From: Methylococcaceae bacterium TMED69
GTDB taxonomy: Bacteria; Pseudomonadota; Gammaproteobacteria; Ga0077536
Direction: 5' to 3'
Length of the DNA stretch: 64,000 nt
NCBI GenBank assembly: GCA_002170535.1
Contig: NHDW01000004.1
Span: 186,190-250,189, forward strand
Below, piece by piece: positions 1-10,127 of this stretch. The notes under the pieces are model-generated. The model was not told the DNA's origin. It searched no databases and was given only the letters and a program-made list of their open reading frames with translations. Positions within the stretch are counted from its first letter, which is position 1; each line of letters starts with the position of its first letter. Both the position numbers and the translations under genes were made by a program.

Positions 1-1
1 G

Positions 2-427
2 AAAGCCGGCTTGAAAAGATTAGGCTGCTTGAATGATAAAAAATATAAAATCTGCGACCTGAAGGAAATGATTCCTGCAGCGGGTCAGGGCGCTATTGGA
101 GTGGAGGCTCTGAGTAATAATAATAGGGTAAAAAAAATTTTTGCTAGGCTAAATTGTTCCAATACTTTTAGATGTGTTATGGAGGAACGAAAAATTATTA
201 AGAAACTTGGAGGAGACTGTGGCTCCCCTATCGCTGTATTTGCTAAACAAAAAAATAAAATTCTAAAAATGCAAGCTTTTGTAGGCGATATTGTCGGAAG
301 CAACTCAATACGAACAGTTGCCGACTTTCCTGAAAATTGTTCCGTAAATGCAGGTGAATCTCTTGCCAATGTATTAATAAAGCTAGGAGCGCTGAGACTT
401 GTTGCTGGACAAAGAGGTTTGGAATAA
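2..427 (+). CDS. hemC: Hydroxymethylbilane synthase (porphobilinogen deaminase), 5'-truncated by the window edge
   Basis: The frame is open from base 2 (KAGLKRLG). It carries MIPAAGQGAIGVE and the cofactor-Cys motif LGGDCGSPIA, and lies directly upstream of a hemD-like gene. Confidence 0.93.
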   Translation, partial: KAGLKRLGCLNDKKYKICDLKEMIPAAGQGAIGVEALSNNNRVKKIFARLNCSNTFRCVMEERKIIKKLGGDCGSPIAVFAKQKNKILKMQAFVGDIVGSNSIRTVADFPENCSVNAGESLANVLIKLGALRLVAGQRGLE

Positions 428-434
428 TGTAGCT

Positions 435-1184
435 ATGTTGAAGATAATGATCACTAGGCCAAAAGACCAAATGTTAGAGTTAGCTCAGTCACTGAAAGCT
501 GTCGGAAATTTAGCTATTTCAGCGCCTTTAATTAGAATCAAGTATCTAGAACTAGTTCCTAACGAATTAATGCAACTCTTAGACTGGTCAGATATCATAA
601 TTTTCACAAGTCAAAATGCTATTTCACCAACAATTGGTAGAATTAAAAATATGCAAATTTTTAATGAAAAAAAAATCTTTGCAATTGGAAAAAAAACTCA
701 AGAGTGCCTCTTAGCAAAAAAAATAAGTCAAGTTTTTATTCCTAAAGGTATAAATTCAACAGAAGGTTTGTTAATGCTAAATGAATTATCCCAATTTCAT
801 ATTGCCAATAAAAATATTTTAATTGTGAAAGGCCAGGGTGGCCGTAAAAAGCTAAGATACAATCTTTTAGATAGAGGTGCGCATTTGAAATATATTGATA
901 GCTATTTAAGGCAGGAAACCAATATAAGCATTAGTCAGGTTTTACAAACTGAAGATATTACGACACCAGATTTAATTATAATTACCAGTGGTTCAATTTT
1001 GTTGTCATTGGTGAAAAAAATAAAATCAGAAAATCTAAACGCTTTGTTTTCGACTCCCTTAATAGTTGTTAGCCAACGATTAGCAAAAATTGCAAGACGG
1101 TTAGGTTTTATTGGCGCTATACGTATAGCAGAAAATGCAAATGATGAATCTATTATAGATTTGATAAAATATTGGGGCTCATAG
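435..1184 (+). CDS. hemD: Uroporphyrinogen-III synthase
   Basis: ITRP, IIFTSQNA, AIGKKT, STEGLL, KGQGGR and IITSG motifs; follows hemC. Start set at ATG 435 (track start 399 overlaps hemC). Confidence 0.9.
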   Translation: MLKIMITRPKDQMLELAQSLKAVGNLAISAPLIRIKYLELVPNELMQLLDWSDIIIFTSQNAISPTIGRIKNMQIFNEKKIFAIGKKTQECLLAKKISQVFIPKGINSTEGLLMLNELSQFHIANKNILIVKGQGGRKKLRYNLLDRGAHLKYIDSYLRQETNISISQVLQTEDITTPDLIIITSGSILLSLVKKIKSENLNALFSTPLIVVSQRLAKIARRLGFIGAIRIAENANDESIIDLIKYWGS

Positions 1185-1185
1185 G

Positions 1186-2250
1186 GTGGCAAAATATAAC
1201 ATAGAAGAGGGAGAGGTATTAGAGAAAAAACCATACAAAAAGAAATTATTTGTAATGGTTATGTTTTTCATTTTGATTGCCTTTGTTTTTTATCTTTTTA
1301 TGAAACACGATCTCTTGGATAAACTCAAAGGAGACCGACTTGGCGAGAAATCTTTAGATAACCCCACGGAATATATAAATCCACCAATTGCTACCCCTGA
1401 TTACAGCAATGAGATAGCTCAAATAAAGCTACAAGTTAAAACACTAAATGCAGAGAATCAAAACTTTAAAGCCACGCTAAAAATTTTGAGTGACAGGCTA
1501 AATCAAAAGAATATGATTGCAACTAACGAACCTAAAGAGTTAATCAACAAGCAAGCTACTGATAGAATAAATCGAGTATTAGTATCAATGTTATCTTCGC
1601 TTGATGGTGATTTAAAAAATGCGAAAAACTTGAAAGCCATTGAGTCGAATTTTGACCAGCTGATTTTGATTCTGAGTCTTTTTGTTCCATATAAGGATGA
1701 TTCAATATTAGCTCAAGTTGAAGAGCTTAAAATGACTACAAAAGATGAGTTAGAAATTTTTATAGATCAAGTAGATTCTGAATTAATCACTATAGATAAT
1801 GAATTATGGACTACTATGGTTAATAATTCTGAAAGAGCTCCCTTTCCAGTTATAAAAAAGGCTGATGAAGATAAGCCAATTAGTGGTAAATTAGAAGAAC
1901 CTTATTCACTGAAAAAAAAAATTAAAGAGGAGATCATGAAATTTGTTGACATTGCCCCAGTTGATAACACAGTGTCTCCGCAAATTTCAAACTTGGATCG
2001 TTTAACAACTATAACTAAGCTTAGTGTAAAAATAGCTGCATCTCGAACTCTTCTTTGGAATCTTGAATTTGAAAAATTAAACTCTTACTTAAATGGTATA
2101 AAAAGTAATCTTGAGTTTCATTTTCCTGAAATGGTAGAACCCAAAAGTTCTATAGATAGAATTTCTAAAAAATTAAATAACTTTGGTTTCGATAACGAAG
2201 GGTTAGATAAAATTATAAGTCTTTTAGAAAATAATATTAAGGAGCAATGA
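1186..2250 (+). CDS. Membrane-anchored coiled-coil protein, HemX-like
   Basis: N-terminal TM helix followed by a long helical region, in the hemX position between hemD and a hemY-like gene. Sequence similarity is not recognisable by eye. Confidence 0.55.
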   Translation: MAKYNIEEGEVLEKKPYKKKLFVMVMFFILIAFVFYLFMKHDLLDKLKGDRLGEKSLDNPTEYINPPIATPDYSNEIAQIKLQVKTLNAENQNFKATLKILSDRLNQKNMIATNEPKELINKQATDRINRVLVSMLSSLDGDLKNAKNLKAIESNFDQLILILSLFVPYKDDSILAQVEELKMTTKDELEIFIDQVDSELITIDNELWTTMVNNSERAPFPVIKKADEDKPISGKLEEPYSLKKKIKEEIMKFVDIAPVDNTVSPQISNLDRLTTITKLSVKIAASRTLLWNLEFEKLNSYLNGIKSNLEFHFPEMVEPKSSIDRISKKLNNFGFDNEGLDKIISLLENNIKEQ

Positions 2251-3431
2251 GTTTGAAATTAATATTGGTTCTGTTTTTCGGATTGATGGGGGTGATTATA
2301 CTGTCAAATTGGCCCCCTTTTAGTGCAGGATCACTTTCGTTTGCAATTGATGGGTATAAAATTAATGTAGATCTTGGGTTTTTTAGTTTTTTGATGATAA
2401 TGGTTTTTATCTTGTTCCATCTTTTTTTAAATTTAATTAATCTATTTCTGAATACTTTTCAATTTCGAATTATTAGGTTGAAAGAAAAAGCAAGTTACAA
2501 TCTTTCCTTGGGTCTAATCTACAAAGGATTAGGAGATTTAAAAAGAGCCGAAAGACTATTTATAAACAAAGCAACACATAGCGAATTACCAGAAGCTCAT
2601 TTTATTGCAGCGGCAGAAGTTGCACATCAAAGAAACGATAATTTATCTAGGGATAACTATATTGAAAAGGCTTTTGGATTGTCAGCTTCAAAAAAATTGC
2701 CCATCGCTATTATAAAAAAACTAGAATGGATGGTTGAGGAAGGAAAGCTTGATTTGGCTGTGCAAATTTTAAGCACTCTTCCTTTGAAAATAAAAAAGCA
2801 AAAAAAAATGCTTGTCCTCCAAAAGGTTCTTTATGAGAAGACAGGTGATTTCGACAAAATTTTAAACATGCTTCCTGATTTAAAGAGACTTGATGAGTTC
2901 AATAATAACTATTTAAAGCAATTAGAATTATCTTGTGCGATCAATGTTCTGGTTAGTGGCTGTTTTACAGATATTGCAAGCTTACGAAAAAAGTGGCTAT
3001 CCTTTTCAAAAGACATTAGACAAAAACCGCCCATAATAGCCGTATATGCAAAATCTTTACTAAAAAATGATGCTAGTTCTGAGGCAGAAAAGATATTAAA
3101 AAGATGTTTAGACGACAGTATGGATATCCAGTTATTGGAGATTTATGGGTCTATACCAAGTGAAAAACCAAAAAGAATGCTAAGAGCAATCCAATATTGG
3201 ACAACGAAATATGGAGAAAGTCTTGAGTTAGAGATGGCAGCTGCTCAGCAATGTATTTTCGCCACAATGTGGGGAAAAGCAAAGAATCATCTTTTGAAAG
3301 TGGTCGAAAATTCTCCTACCCCAGTAGCATTAAAGTTAATGGCAGATGTCGAGGAACGATTAGGCAACCATGGTGTGTCATTAGTTAGGAGGAGGCAAGG
3401 CCTCGAGCTTGCGGCAAAAGAAAAAAGATAG
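2247..3431 (+). CDS. hemY: HemY-like (proteobacterial) membrane/TPR protein
   Basis: Two N-terminal TM segments, AAAEVAH and the C-terminal MWGKAKNHL pattern; last gene of the hemC-D-X-Y order. Confidence 0.8.
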   Translation: MSLKLILVLFFGLMGVIILSNWPPFSAGSLSFAIDGYKINVDLGFFSFLMIMVFILFHLFLNLINLFLNTFQFRIIRLKEKASYNLSLGLIYKGLGDLKRAERLFINKATHSELPEAHFIAAAEVAHQRNDNLSRDNYIEKAFGLSASKKLPIAIIKKLEWMVEEGKLDLAVQILSTLPLKIKKQKKMLVLQKVLYEKTGDFDKILNMLPDLKRLDEFNNNYLKQLELSCAINVLVSGCFTDIASLRKKWLSFSKDIRQKPPIIAVYAKSLLKNDASSEAEKILKRCLDDSMDIQLLEIYGSIPSEKPKRMLRAIQYWTTKYGESLELEMAAAQQCIFATMWGKAKNHLLKVVENSPTPVALKLMADVEERLGNHGVSLVRRRQGLELAAKEKR

Positions 3432-3435
3432 TTTT

Positions 3436-4089
3436 TTAAGGCCGGCTTTTTTTGCTTTCTAGCCATCCAGTTAATGGTTTCCAATATTCCCTATCCAATG
3501 CCGTTGTCAAAGGTGCAAATTCAAATATAGACATGCCTCTTTGGGCGGCTCTGATATAATTAGCGCTTTGTCTTAATAATGTTAAAAATGGAAATTTCCT
3601 GCCTGAGGGTAATTTAAAAGAATATAAAAGATCCTCCAGATTTTTTGCTTCCCTTGAATTTTCTCTAGTTTTATTAGCTATCGTTGCTATTTTAACTTCG
3701 TTATAAACATTCTTTCTTATTTTCCTTAATTCCCCAAAAAATCTTTGTGCCGCTCTAATATCCATTGGTGAAGGTATCACAGGTACGATGCACGTTTCGG
3801 TAATACTTAGTAGAGACACTATTTGCTCATCATGTGTTCTTGAAGGCGCATCCATAATCATTACATCAACAGTGTTGGATAATTTAGGGAATTTTTCGGA
3901 TGCCTCTAAACCAATTATTTTAGGTAAATTACCCCTTCGTTGCCTAAGCCAATCAATACTAGAGCCTTGCGGATCAAAATCGGCCAGGGCAACACTTGCC
4001 CCTTTCATTGCATAATAGCCCGCTAAATTAGTCGCTACGGTTGTCTTACCGCTCCCGCCTTTCGCATTCATGATTAAAATTTTTCGCAT
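3436..4089 (-). CDS. ParA/MinD-family ATPase (orphan, no parB)
   Basis: Deviant Walker A NAKGGSGKTT, plus DFDPQGS and IMDAP. Confidence 0.88.
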   Translation of the reverse strand: MRKILIMNAKGGSGKTTVATNLAGYYAMKGASVALADFDPQGSSIDWLRQRRGNLPKIIGLEASEKFPKLSNTVDVMIMDAPSRTHDEQIVSLLSITETCIVPVIPSPMDIRAAQRFFGELRKIRKNVYNEVKIATIANKTRENSREAKNLEDLLYSFKLPSGRKFPFLTLLRQSANYIRAAQRGMSIFEFAPLTTALDREYWKPLTGWLESKKSRP

Positions 4090-4151
4090 AATACAGTCTT
4101 GTTCGCTCTAAAACATGAATATAGCATTCAATCTTTTTTGGGGAAAGTATA

Positions 4152-5009
4152 TCATCCTTGATTTATTAAATTTAAGATTGTAGGTAGAAATACATCTTTT
4201 AGGCAATTTTTCAAGTCTTTTGCTCGTATTGTTTGAGTTGCGCTCCCTAATTCCTCGTTGAACATGTCCCATTTTTTTTGTTGTATGTGATCTAGATTTT
4301 TGAAAACTGATTCGTTTTTTATGCTTAGCATATAGATTGAATTTTCATCAGCAGGTATTGATTCAACCTTGAAAGGGTCCGATAAATCTACTAGTGGGAT
4401 TCTTTCTAGATTTGCATCAGTTCTAGAAAATTGAGGACAAATATAATCGAGATAGTCGGGCAAACGTCTGATAATAAGTCTTTTAACCTCTTGCTTTGAA
4501 TAACCTCTTACTAATAGGTCTCTGTGGCTTTTTTGAACCCACTCTAGGTTGATTGAGGGTGTTATGCCAATTAACAAGTCAACGTATCGTGTAATATCAA
4601 TTTGATCGTCTTTGTAGCCACCATGCAATCCCTCGTAAAACAAAATATCATATGTTTGTTCAATTTCCTTCCACTCCGAAAAACATCCTATATTAACCCC
4701 TAGATTCTTAGCATCTTTTTCTGAATGAGCATACTGTCTGGCCACTCCTTTTCCGGAGATAGAAAAGTTTTTAAATAAATCTGCCAATAAGTCCAAATGA
4801 TTGCTTTTGGGTGAAAAATGGGTCAATGAGCTCTCTGTTTTATTTAAGGCTTCCATTTCTGTTCGCGTATATTTATGAAAGCTGTCGCCTTGAATGTAAA
4901 CTGCTTTGATTTGATTCTCTTTAAAAATTGCATCAAAAATAGATTTGATATTGGTCTTGCCTGCTCCGGACGGACCCGTGAGTGCTATTATCGGCTTTTT
5001 TTTCTTCAT
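4152..5009 (-). CDS. prkB: Phosphoribulokinase (proteobacterial PrkB/CbbP type)
   Basis: TGPSGAGKT, GDSFH, YEGLHGG, NLEWVQKSHRD..RGYS and YICPQFSRTD. Confidence 0.85.
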   Translation of the reverse strand: MKKKKPIIALTGPSGAGKTNIKSIFDAIFKENQIKAVYIQGDSFHKYTRTEMEALNKTESSLTHFSPKSNHLDLLADLFKNFSISGKGVARQYAHSEKDAKNLGVNIGCFSEWKEIEQTYDILFYEGLHGGYKDDQIDITRYVDLLIGITPSINLEWVQKSHRDLLVRGYSKQEVKRLIIRRLPDYLDYICPQFSRTDANLERIPLVDLSDPFKVESIPADENSIYMLSIKNESVFKNLDHIQQKKWDMFNEELGSATQTIRAKDLKNCLKDVFLPTILNLINQG

Positions 5010-5128
5010 TTATTTACTCAATGTACAATTAAAAAGAGGCATACTTTTAGGAAGTATATTATCATGATACAAAGATTAACATGCTAGTGAATTTTACTTA
5101 GACTCCTTCAATTTTATTCTTTGAGTAG

Positions 5129-6868
5129 ATGACTAAAATAAAAAAGCTATTTGAGACCCCTTACGGACGTCTTTTACTTTTTGTGCTACCACACTGGCAG
5201 ATCTTTTTTATTTCTATAGTGGCTATGTGTATGCTTGCATCGACGGAATGGATGCTTCCCGCTCTACTTAAGCCGTTAATTGATGAAAGTTTGGATTCAG
5301 ATAATTATAATATTAGAGCGATACCTCTTCTGTTGATCGTATTATTTTTATTTCGAGGTTTGTTCAGCTATATATCTACGGTTTCTCTTCACCTTGTAGC
5401 TCAAAAAGCAATCGAAGATATGCGAAACGCTATGTTCAGTAAATTACTTCGATTGGATATTGGATTTTTCGATAGTAATTCTTTAGGTGCAATGGTGTCT
5501 AAATTTACCTTCGATGTAAATCAAGTAGCGGAAGCGTCTACGAAAGTAATAACTGTTTTTGTTAAAGACAGTTTAGTAGTTTTGGTTCTTTTGATATATT
5601 TAATCTACTTAAATTGGCAGTTGGCTTTGTTACTAGTCTTAATAGGGCCACCAATCTCATTTTTCATCGTGAGATTATCAAAAAAAATGAGGGTAATGAG
5701 TAGAAATCTACAGTCTTCGATGGGCGATATAAATGAAGTTACTGAAGAATCAATTAGGGCAAATAAAGAGATTAAAGTTTTCAATACCTACACTAAGGAA
5801 GAACTACGGTTTGGTATCGCGACTAATAAGGTTAGAAAATTTCATATCAAAGTAGTAAGAGCTAGTGCGGCTTTGGTTCCGGCGATTCAAATTTTTGTGG
5901 CTATATCAATTGCAGCTTTAATCTATATTGCCTTAGATCAAGCTTCTAAAGGATTGACTACTAAGGGTGAATTTATCGCGTTTATTACAGCAACTGCATT
6001 ATTGCTTCCGCCAATAAAGAGATTGGCTGGAGCTAATGAATTTTTGCAAAGGGGCATCGCAGCATCGCAATCGGTATGTGAATTAATTGACGCATCTCCT
6101 GAATTGACTAGCACGGTGGAGTGCCCAAAAATTTCTAAATCTTTGATTTTTCATAATGTTAGCTTTTCCTTCGGAAAAAAAATGGTGCTAAGTAATCTTT
6201 CGTTTCAAATAAAAATTGGTGAACTGTTTGCTCTTGTGGGGCCTTCTGGCGGTGGTAAGAGTACTTTACTAAATTTACTACCAATATTTTATCGGCCTTC
6301 TTCAGGTCGGATTATTCTGGATGGCCTGTCGATTGACTCTTATTCTTTAGATAGCGTACGAGAACAAATCGCATATGTTGGCCAAGAGACTGTTTTATTC
6401 AATACAAGTATTTTAGGTAATTTGGTTTATGGTTGTAAGGAACATCCCGATTCACAAATGATTGAGAGAGCTATACAACTTGCTAATTTAGATAAATATG
6501 TTAACGGGTTGCCTAATCGTCTCGAAACTAGGGTGGGTCACAATGGAGTGAAGTTATCAGGAGGACAGCGACAGAGATTAGGTATTGCTAGGGCGTTTCT
6601 TCGGGATGCGTCGCTATTGATTTTAGATGAACCCACGGCGTCTCTTGACGCGGATTCAGAGCGAGAAATAAAAAAATCAATTTCAGAATTGAAAGTAGGT
6701 CGAATTTCTATAGTAGTAGCTCACCGCTTATCTACAATAAAAGAAGCTGATAAAATACTGTTTATAAATAACGGTACAATTATTGAAAGTGGAAGTCATC
6801 AAGATTTACTAAGTAAAAAAGGACATTATTATAATATGTACAAAGAAAGTAGCCAAAGAGAAACCTGA
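5129..6868 (+). CDS. msbA: Lipid A export ABC transporter, MsbA family
   Basis: TM domain fused to an NBD (GPSGGGKST, LSGGQRQR, LILDEPT). Confidence 0.8.
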   Translation: MTKIKKLFETPYGRLLLFVLPHWQIFFISIVAMCMLASTEWMLPALLKPLIDESLDSDNYNIRAIPLLLIVLFLFRGLFSYISTVSLHLVAQKAIEDMRNAMFSKLLRLDIGFFDSNSLGAMVSKFTFDVNQVAEASTKVITVFVKDSLVVLVLLIYLIYLNWQLALLLVLIGPPISFFIVRLSKKMRVMSRNLQSSMGDINEVTEESIRANKEIKVFNTYTKEELRFGIATNKVRKFHIKVVRASAALVPAIQIFVAISIAALIYIALDQASKGLTTKGEFIAFITATALLLPPIKRLAGANEFLQRGIAASQSVCELIDASPELTSTVECPKISKSLIFHNVSFSFGKKMVLSNLSFQIKIGELFALVGPSGGGKSTLLNLLPIFYRPSSGRIILDGLSIDSYSLDSVREQIAYVGQETVLFNTSILGNLVYGCKEHPDSQMIERAIQLANLDKYVNGLPNRLETRVGHNGVKLSGGQRQRLGIARAFLRDASLLILDEPTASLDADSEREIKKSISELKVGRISIVVAHRLSTIKEADKILFINNGTIIESGSHQDLLSKKGHYYNMYKESSQRET

Positions 6869-6873
6869 TTTTT

Positions 6874-9024
6874 ATGAATTCCCTGAATGTTAATTCTGAT
6901 TTAAATGAGCAGCAACTATTAGCAGTTGAATCAACGTCGAATCATACCTTAGTTTTAGCTGGCGCCGGAAGCGGGAAGACAAAGGTATTAACTCATCGTA
7001 TCGCGTGGTGTATTGAGACTGGCCAAGTAAGACCAGATTATATTCTAGCCGTAACGTTTACAAATAAAGCTGCTAAAGAAATGCAGCATAGAATACAAAG
7101 TTTAATTGAAACTCCAATTAACAGAATGTGGGTAGGAACTTTCCACGGAATTGCCCATAGATTATTGCGCATGCATCACGAATTGGCTAATTTAAGCCCT
7201 CAGTTTCAAATTATAGATACAGACGATCAATTAAGGATTATTAAAAGAATTTTAAAAGAATTGGATTTTACTGATAAAGAATATGACCCAAAAGAGATCC
7301 AATCGAGAATTAATTTTTGGAAAGAGGAAGGGGTAAGGCCAATAAAAGTGCAACTAGAAGGTTGTAGTAGCGATGAAATATCGCTTCAAATATTTAAAGA
7401 GTATGAAGCGATTTGCATCAAATCATCACTCGTAGATTTTTCTGAACTTCTCCTCAGAGTCTATGAACTTTTTTCCGATAATATCTCCCTCTTAGAGACT
7501 TATAGGTCTAGATTTCAGCACATTTTAGTCGATGAATTTCAAGATACTAACAAGCTTCAATATAGATGGCTAAATTTATTAGCCTCTCAAAAAAATAATT
7601 TTTTTGTGGTTGGGGACGATGATCAATCAATTTATAGTTGGCGCGGCGCGAGAGTTGAGAACATGCAGAAATTTAGAAAGCATTATCCCGATTACAATCT
7701 CATTCGACTGGAGCAAAACTATAGATCTTCCTCAAATATTTTAAGCGCAGCAAATGCATTAATATCGAACAATCCTAGCCGTATAGGTAAAAATTTATGG
7801 ACTAACAAAGAGGATGGTAAACCTTTGATGCTTTACTCAGCCTATAACGAGCTCGATGAGGCAAGATATGTGGTTGATACTATAGAATCAGAAATTCAAT
7901 CTGATCACGAACATAAGCTCGCTGATTGCGCAATTTTATATAGAGTTAGTGCGCAGTCTAGAGTTCTTGAGGACGCTTTGAGACTAAAGGGAATTGAATA
8001 TAGAGTTTACGGTGGTTTTAGATTTTATGATCGAGCCGAAATTAAAGATGTTTTAGGTTATCTCAGATTAGTTTTTTCTAAAAACGATGATGCCGCTTTT
8101 GAAAGAATTGTTAATTTTCCACCGAGAGGACTTGGAGACAAAGCACTGGGGGCAATAAGAGAAGGGGCTAGATTCTATAATGTTTCTTTATTCCAAGCTG
8201 CCGAAACCTTGCTAAAAAATGAAGAATTACCAACGCGAACGCAAAAAGCCCTAAATGACTTCTTCATTGTGATAGATGATATTAAAAACCATGAGGTAAC
8301 TGATAATGATAGTCTTTCGGAACTTATTGAAATTATTAGTTTAAAATCGGGTCTTATTGAACATTTTAAAAAAGAAAAAGGAGGTCGAGGCCTAGATAGA
8401 ATAGAAAACATAAATGAACTTACCATAGCTGCCAAAGATTTTGATGGTGTTGAGGAAAATGGAATTCTGGAGTCTTTTTTAACTCAAGCTTCTTTAGAAT
8501 CTGGCGAAACTCAAGCAAGCGAGGGGGCAGACTGTGTTCAGCTAATGACGCTTCATTCTGCTAAGGGTCTGGAGTTTAAGTTTGTATTCATTTTGGGTCT
8601 CGAGGAGGGGCTTTTTCCACACAAGCGTTCTATTGGTTCTATGGACCAATTGCAAGAGGAAAGACGTCTGTGCTATGTAGGCATTACTCGCGCCCAAGAA
8701 TATCTTTGCCTGACTCATGCTGAGTCACGACGATTGCATGGTTCAGAATACTTAACAAGTCTGTCAAGATTTGTTAAAGAGCTTCCGGAATCTACAATTG
8801 AGCACGTGAGAATAGGGGGCTCATTCATTGATTTCTCGAACGAAGGAAAGCAATCCCCTGAAGGCGATTATCACCTTGGTCAGTCGGTAAAGCATGATAT
8901 ATTCGGATCAGGAATTGTTCTTGCCCTTGAAGGTAGAGGAGAAAGTTTAAGGATACAGGTCAACTTTGAGGATTCGGGCATTAAATGGTTAGTCGCATCC
9001 TATGCAGGATTAAAGAAAATATAA
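6874..9024 (+). CDS. uvrD: DNA helicase II
   Basis: LAGAGSGKT, VDEFQDTN, VGDDDQSIY, LEQNYRS, MTLHSAKGLEF, EERRLCYVGITRA and a C-terminal Tudor-like domain. Confidence 0.95.
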   Translation: MNSLNVNSDLNEQQLLAVESTSNHTLVLAGAGSGKTKVLTHRIAWCIETGQVRPDYILAVTFTNKAAKEMQHRIQSLIETPINRMWVGTFHGIAHRLLRMHHELANLSPQFQIIDTDDQLRIIKRILKELDFTDKEYDPKEIQSRINFWKEEGVRPIKVQLEGCSSDEISLQIFKEYEAICIKSSLVDFSELLLRVYELFSDNISLLETYRSRFQHILVDEFQDTNKLQYRWLNLLASQKNNFFVVGDDDQSIYSWRGARVENMQKFRKHYPDYNLIRLEQNYRSSSNILSAANALISNNPSRIGKNLWTNKEDGKPLMLYSAYNELDEARYVVDTIESEIQSDHEHKLADCAILYRVSAQSRVLEDALRLKGIEYRVYGGFRFYDRAEIKDVLGYLRLVFSKNDDAAFERIVNFPPRGLGDKALGAIREGARFYNVSLFQAAETLLKNEELPTRTQKALNDFFIVIDDIKNHEVTDNDSLSELIEIISLKSGLIEHFKKEKGGRGLDRIENINELTIAAKDFDGVEENGILESFLTQASLESGETQASEGADCVQLMTLHSAKGLEFKFVFILGLEEGLFPHKRSIGSMDQLQEERRLCYVGITRAQEYLCLTHAESRRLHGSEYLTSLSRFVKELPESTIEHVRIGGSFIDFSNEGKQSPEGDYHLGQSVKHDIFGSGIVLALEGRGESLRIQVNFEDSGIKWLVASYAGLKKI

Positions 9025-9035
9025 AGGAGGCCAAA

Positions 9036-10127
9036 ATGTATGCATTTAAAATTGCATTAGTATTTATTCTATTACTGTCTGGTTGTTCCGATCAAAAGCA
9101 GTTGAGTCCAGTCGAAAATAAAACGGAAGCTCATCTTTGGAAGTTAGTCACGGCTTGGCCGCCAAATTTACCCGTTAATCACGAAGTAACAGAGGAGTTT
9201 GCCAAAGATATCGAGTTGATGAGCAACGGAAAATTGAAAGTCAAAGTGTTTAATGCGGGCGAATTGATCCCTGGCCTACAGGTTTTTGATGCAGTGTCTC
9301 AGGGGGCTGTGCAAATGGGCTTTGCAGCTTCTTATTATTGGTCTGGGAAAATTCCGGCTTCGCAAATTTTTACCGTAGTTCCTTTCGGAATGACCGAAAA
9401 AGGGTCTCTAGCTTGGATAAAATTCGGAGGTGGTTTGAAACTTTGGCGAGAGTTATATGAGCCTTTTGGTGTTATACCATACCCGATGGGAAGCACAGGT
9501 GTGCAGATGGGAGGATGGTTTAATAAAAAAATTAACTCCATGGAAGATATTCAGGGTTTGAAGATGAGGATTCCTGGCCTCGGTGGCAAGGTAATAGCAA
9601 AAGCTGGCGGAAATCCAATTCTTTTATCTGCTGCCGAAGTATACACTGCACTAGAGAGGGGAACCATTGATGCCACAGAGTGGGTAGGACCACTTCACGA
9701 TAAAAGATTTGGTCTTGATAGGATCGCTAAATATTACTATTATCCAGGATGGCATGAGCCGGGCCCGCAGATGGAAATGATAATAAATCAGAAAGCTTGG
9801 GACCAACTTTCCGAGCCTCTTAAAAAGATTGTAGAGGCTAGTATAGCTAAGTCTGGCCTGACCCTTTCTACCAAGAATGAAGCCGAAAATGCCCGGGCAT
9901 TGCAGCAAATAATTGATGAGGGTAAGGTTGAACTGGTTCGCTTCCCCGATAATGTTTTGTCGAATCTTAAAAAGATGAACCTTCAAGTTTTGGAAGAAGA
10001 GGCTGCTAAAGATGAAGGATTTAGAAAGGTACTTAAATCATATCAAGACTTTCAGAAACTATATTCTTCTTATGAAGCAGTAACCAACAAAGCTTATGAT
10101 GAATCCAGAGATATAGAGTCAAAGTGA
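9036..10127 (+). CDS. TRAP transporter substrate-binding protein (DctP/TakP-like), lipoprotein
   Basis: GLKMRIPG, ALERGTIDATEW and YYYPGWHEPG; lipobox LSGC. AAGGAGG at 9024-9030 supports ATG 9036. Confidence 0.9.
   Translation: MYAFKIALVFILLLSGCSDQKQLSPVENKTEAHLWKLVTAWPPNLPVNHEVTEEFAKDIELMSNGKLKVKVFNAGELIPGLQVFDAVSQGAVQMGFAASYYWSGKIPASQIFTVVPFGMTEKGSLAWIKFGGGLKLWRELYEPFGVIPYPMGSTGVQMGGWFNKKINSMEDIQGLKMRIPGLGGKVIAKAGGNPILLSAAEVYTALERGTIDATEWVGPLHDKRFGLDRIAKYYYYPGWHEPGPQMEMIINQKAWDQLSEPLKKIVEASIAKSGLTLSTKNEAENARALQQIIDEGKVELVRFPDNVLSNLKKMNLQVLEEEAAKDEGFRKVLKSYQDFQKLYSSYEAVTNKAYDESRDIESK

Noticed and set aside
3436..4089. ParA as a marker of a plasmid or mobile element
   Set aside because: No parB, rep or other mobility genes; it sits among core chromosomal genes.
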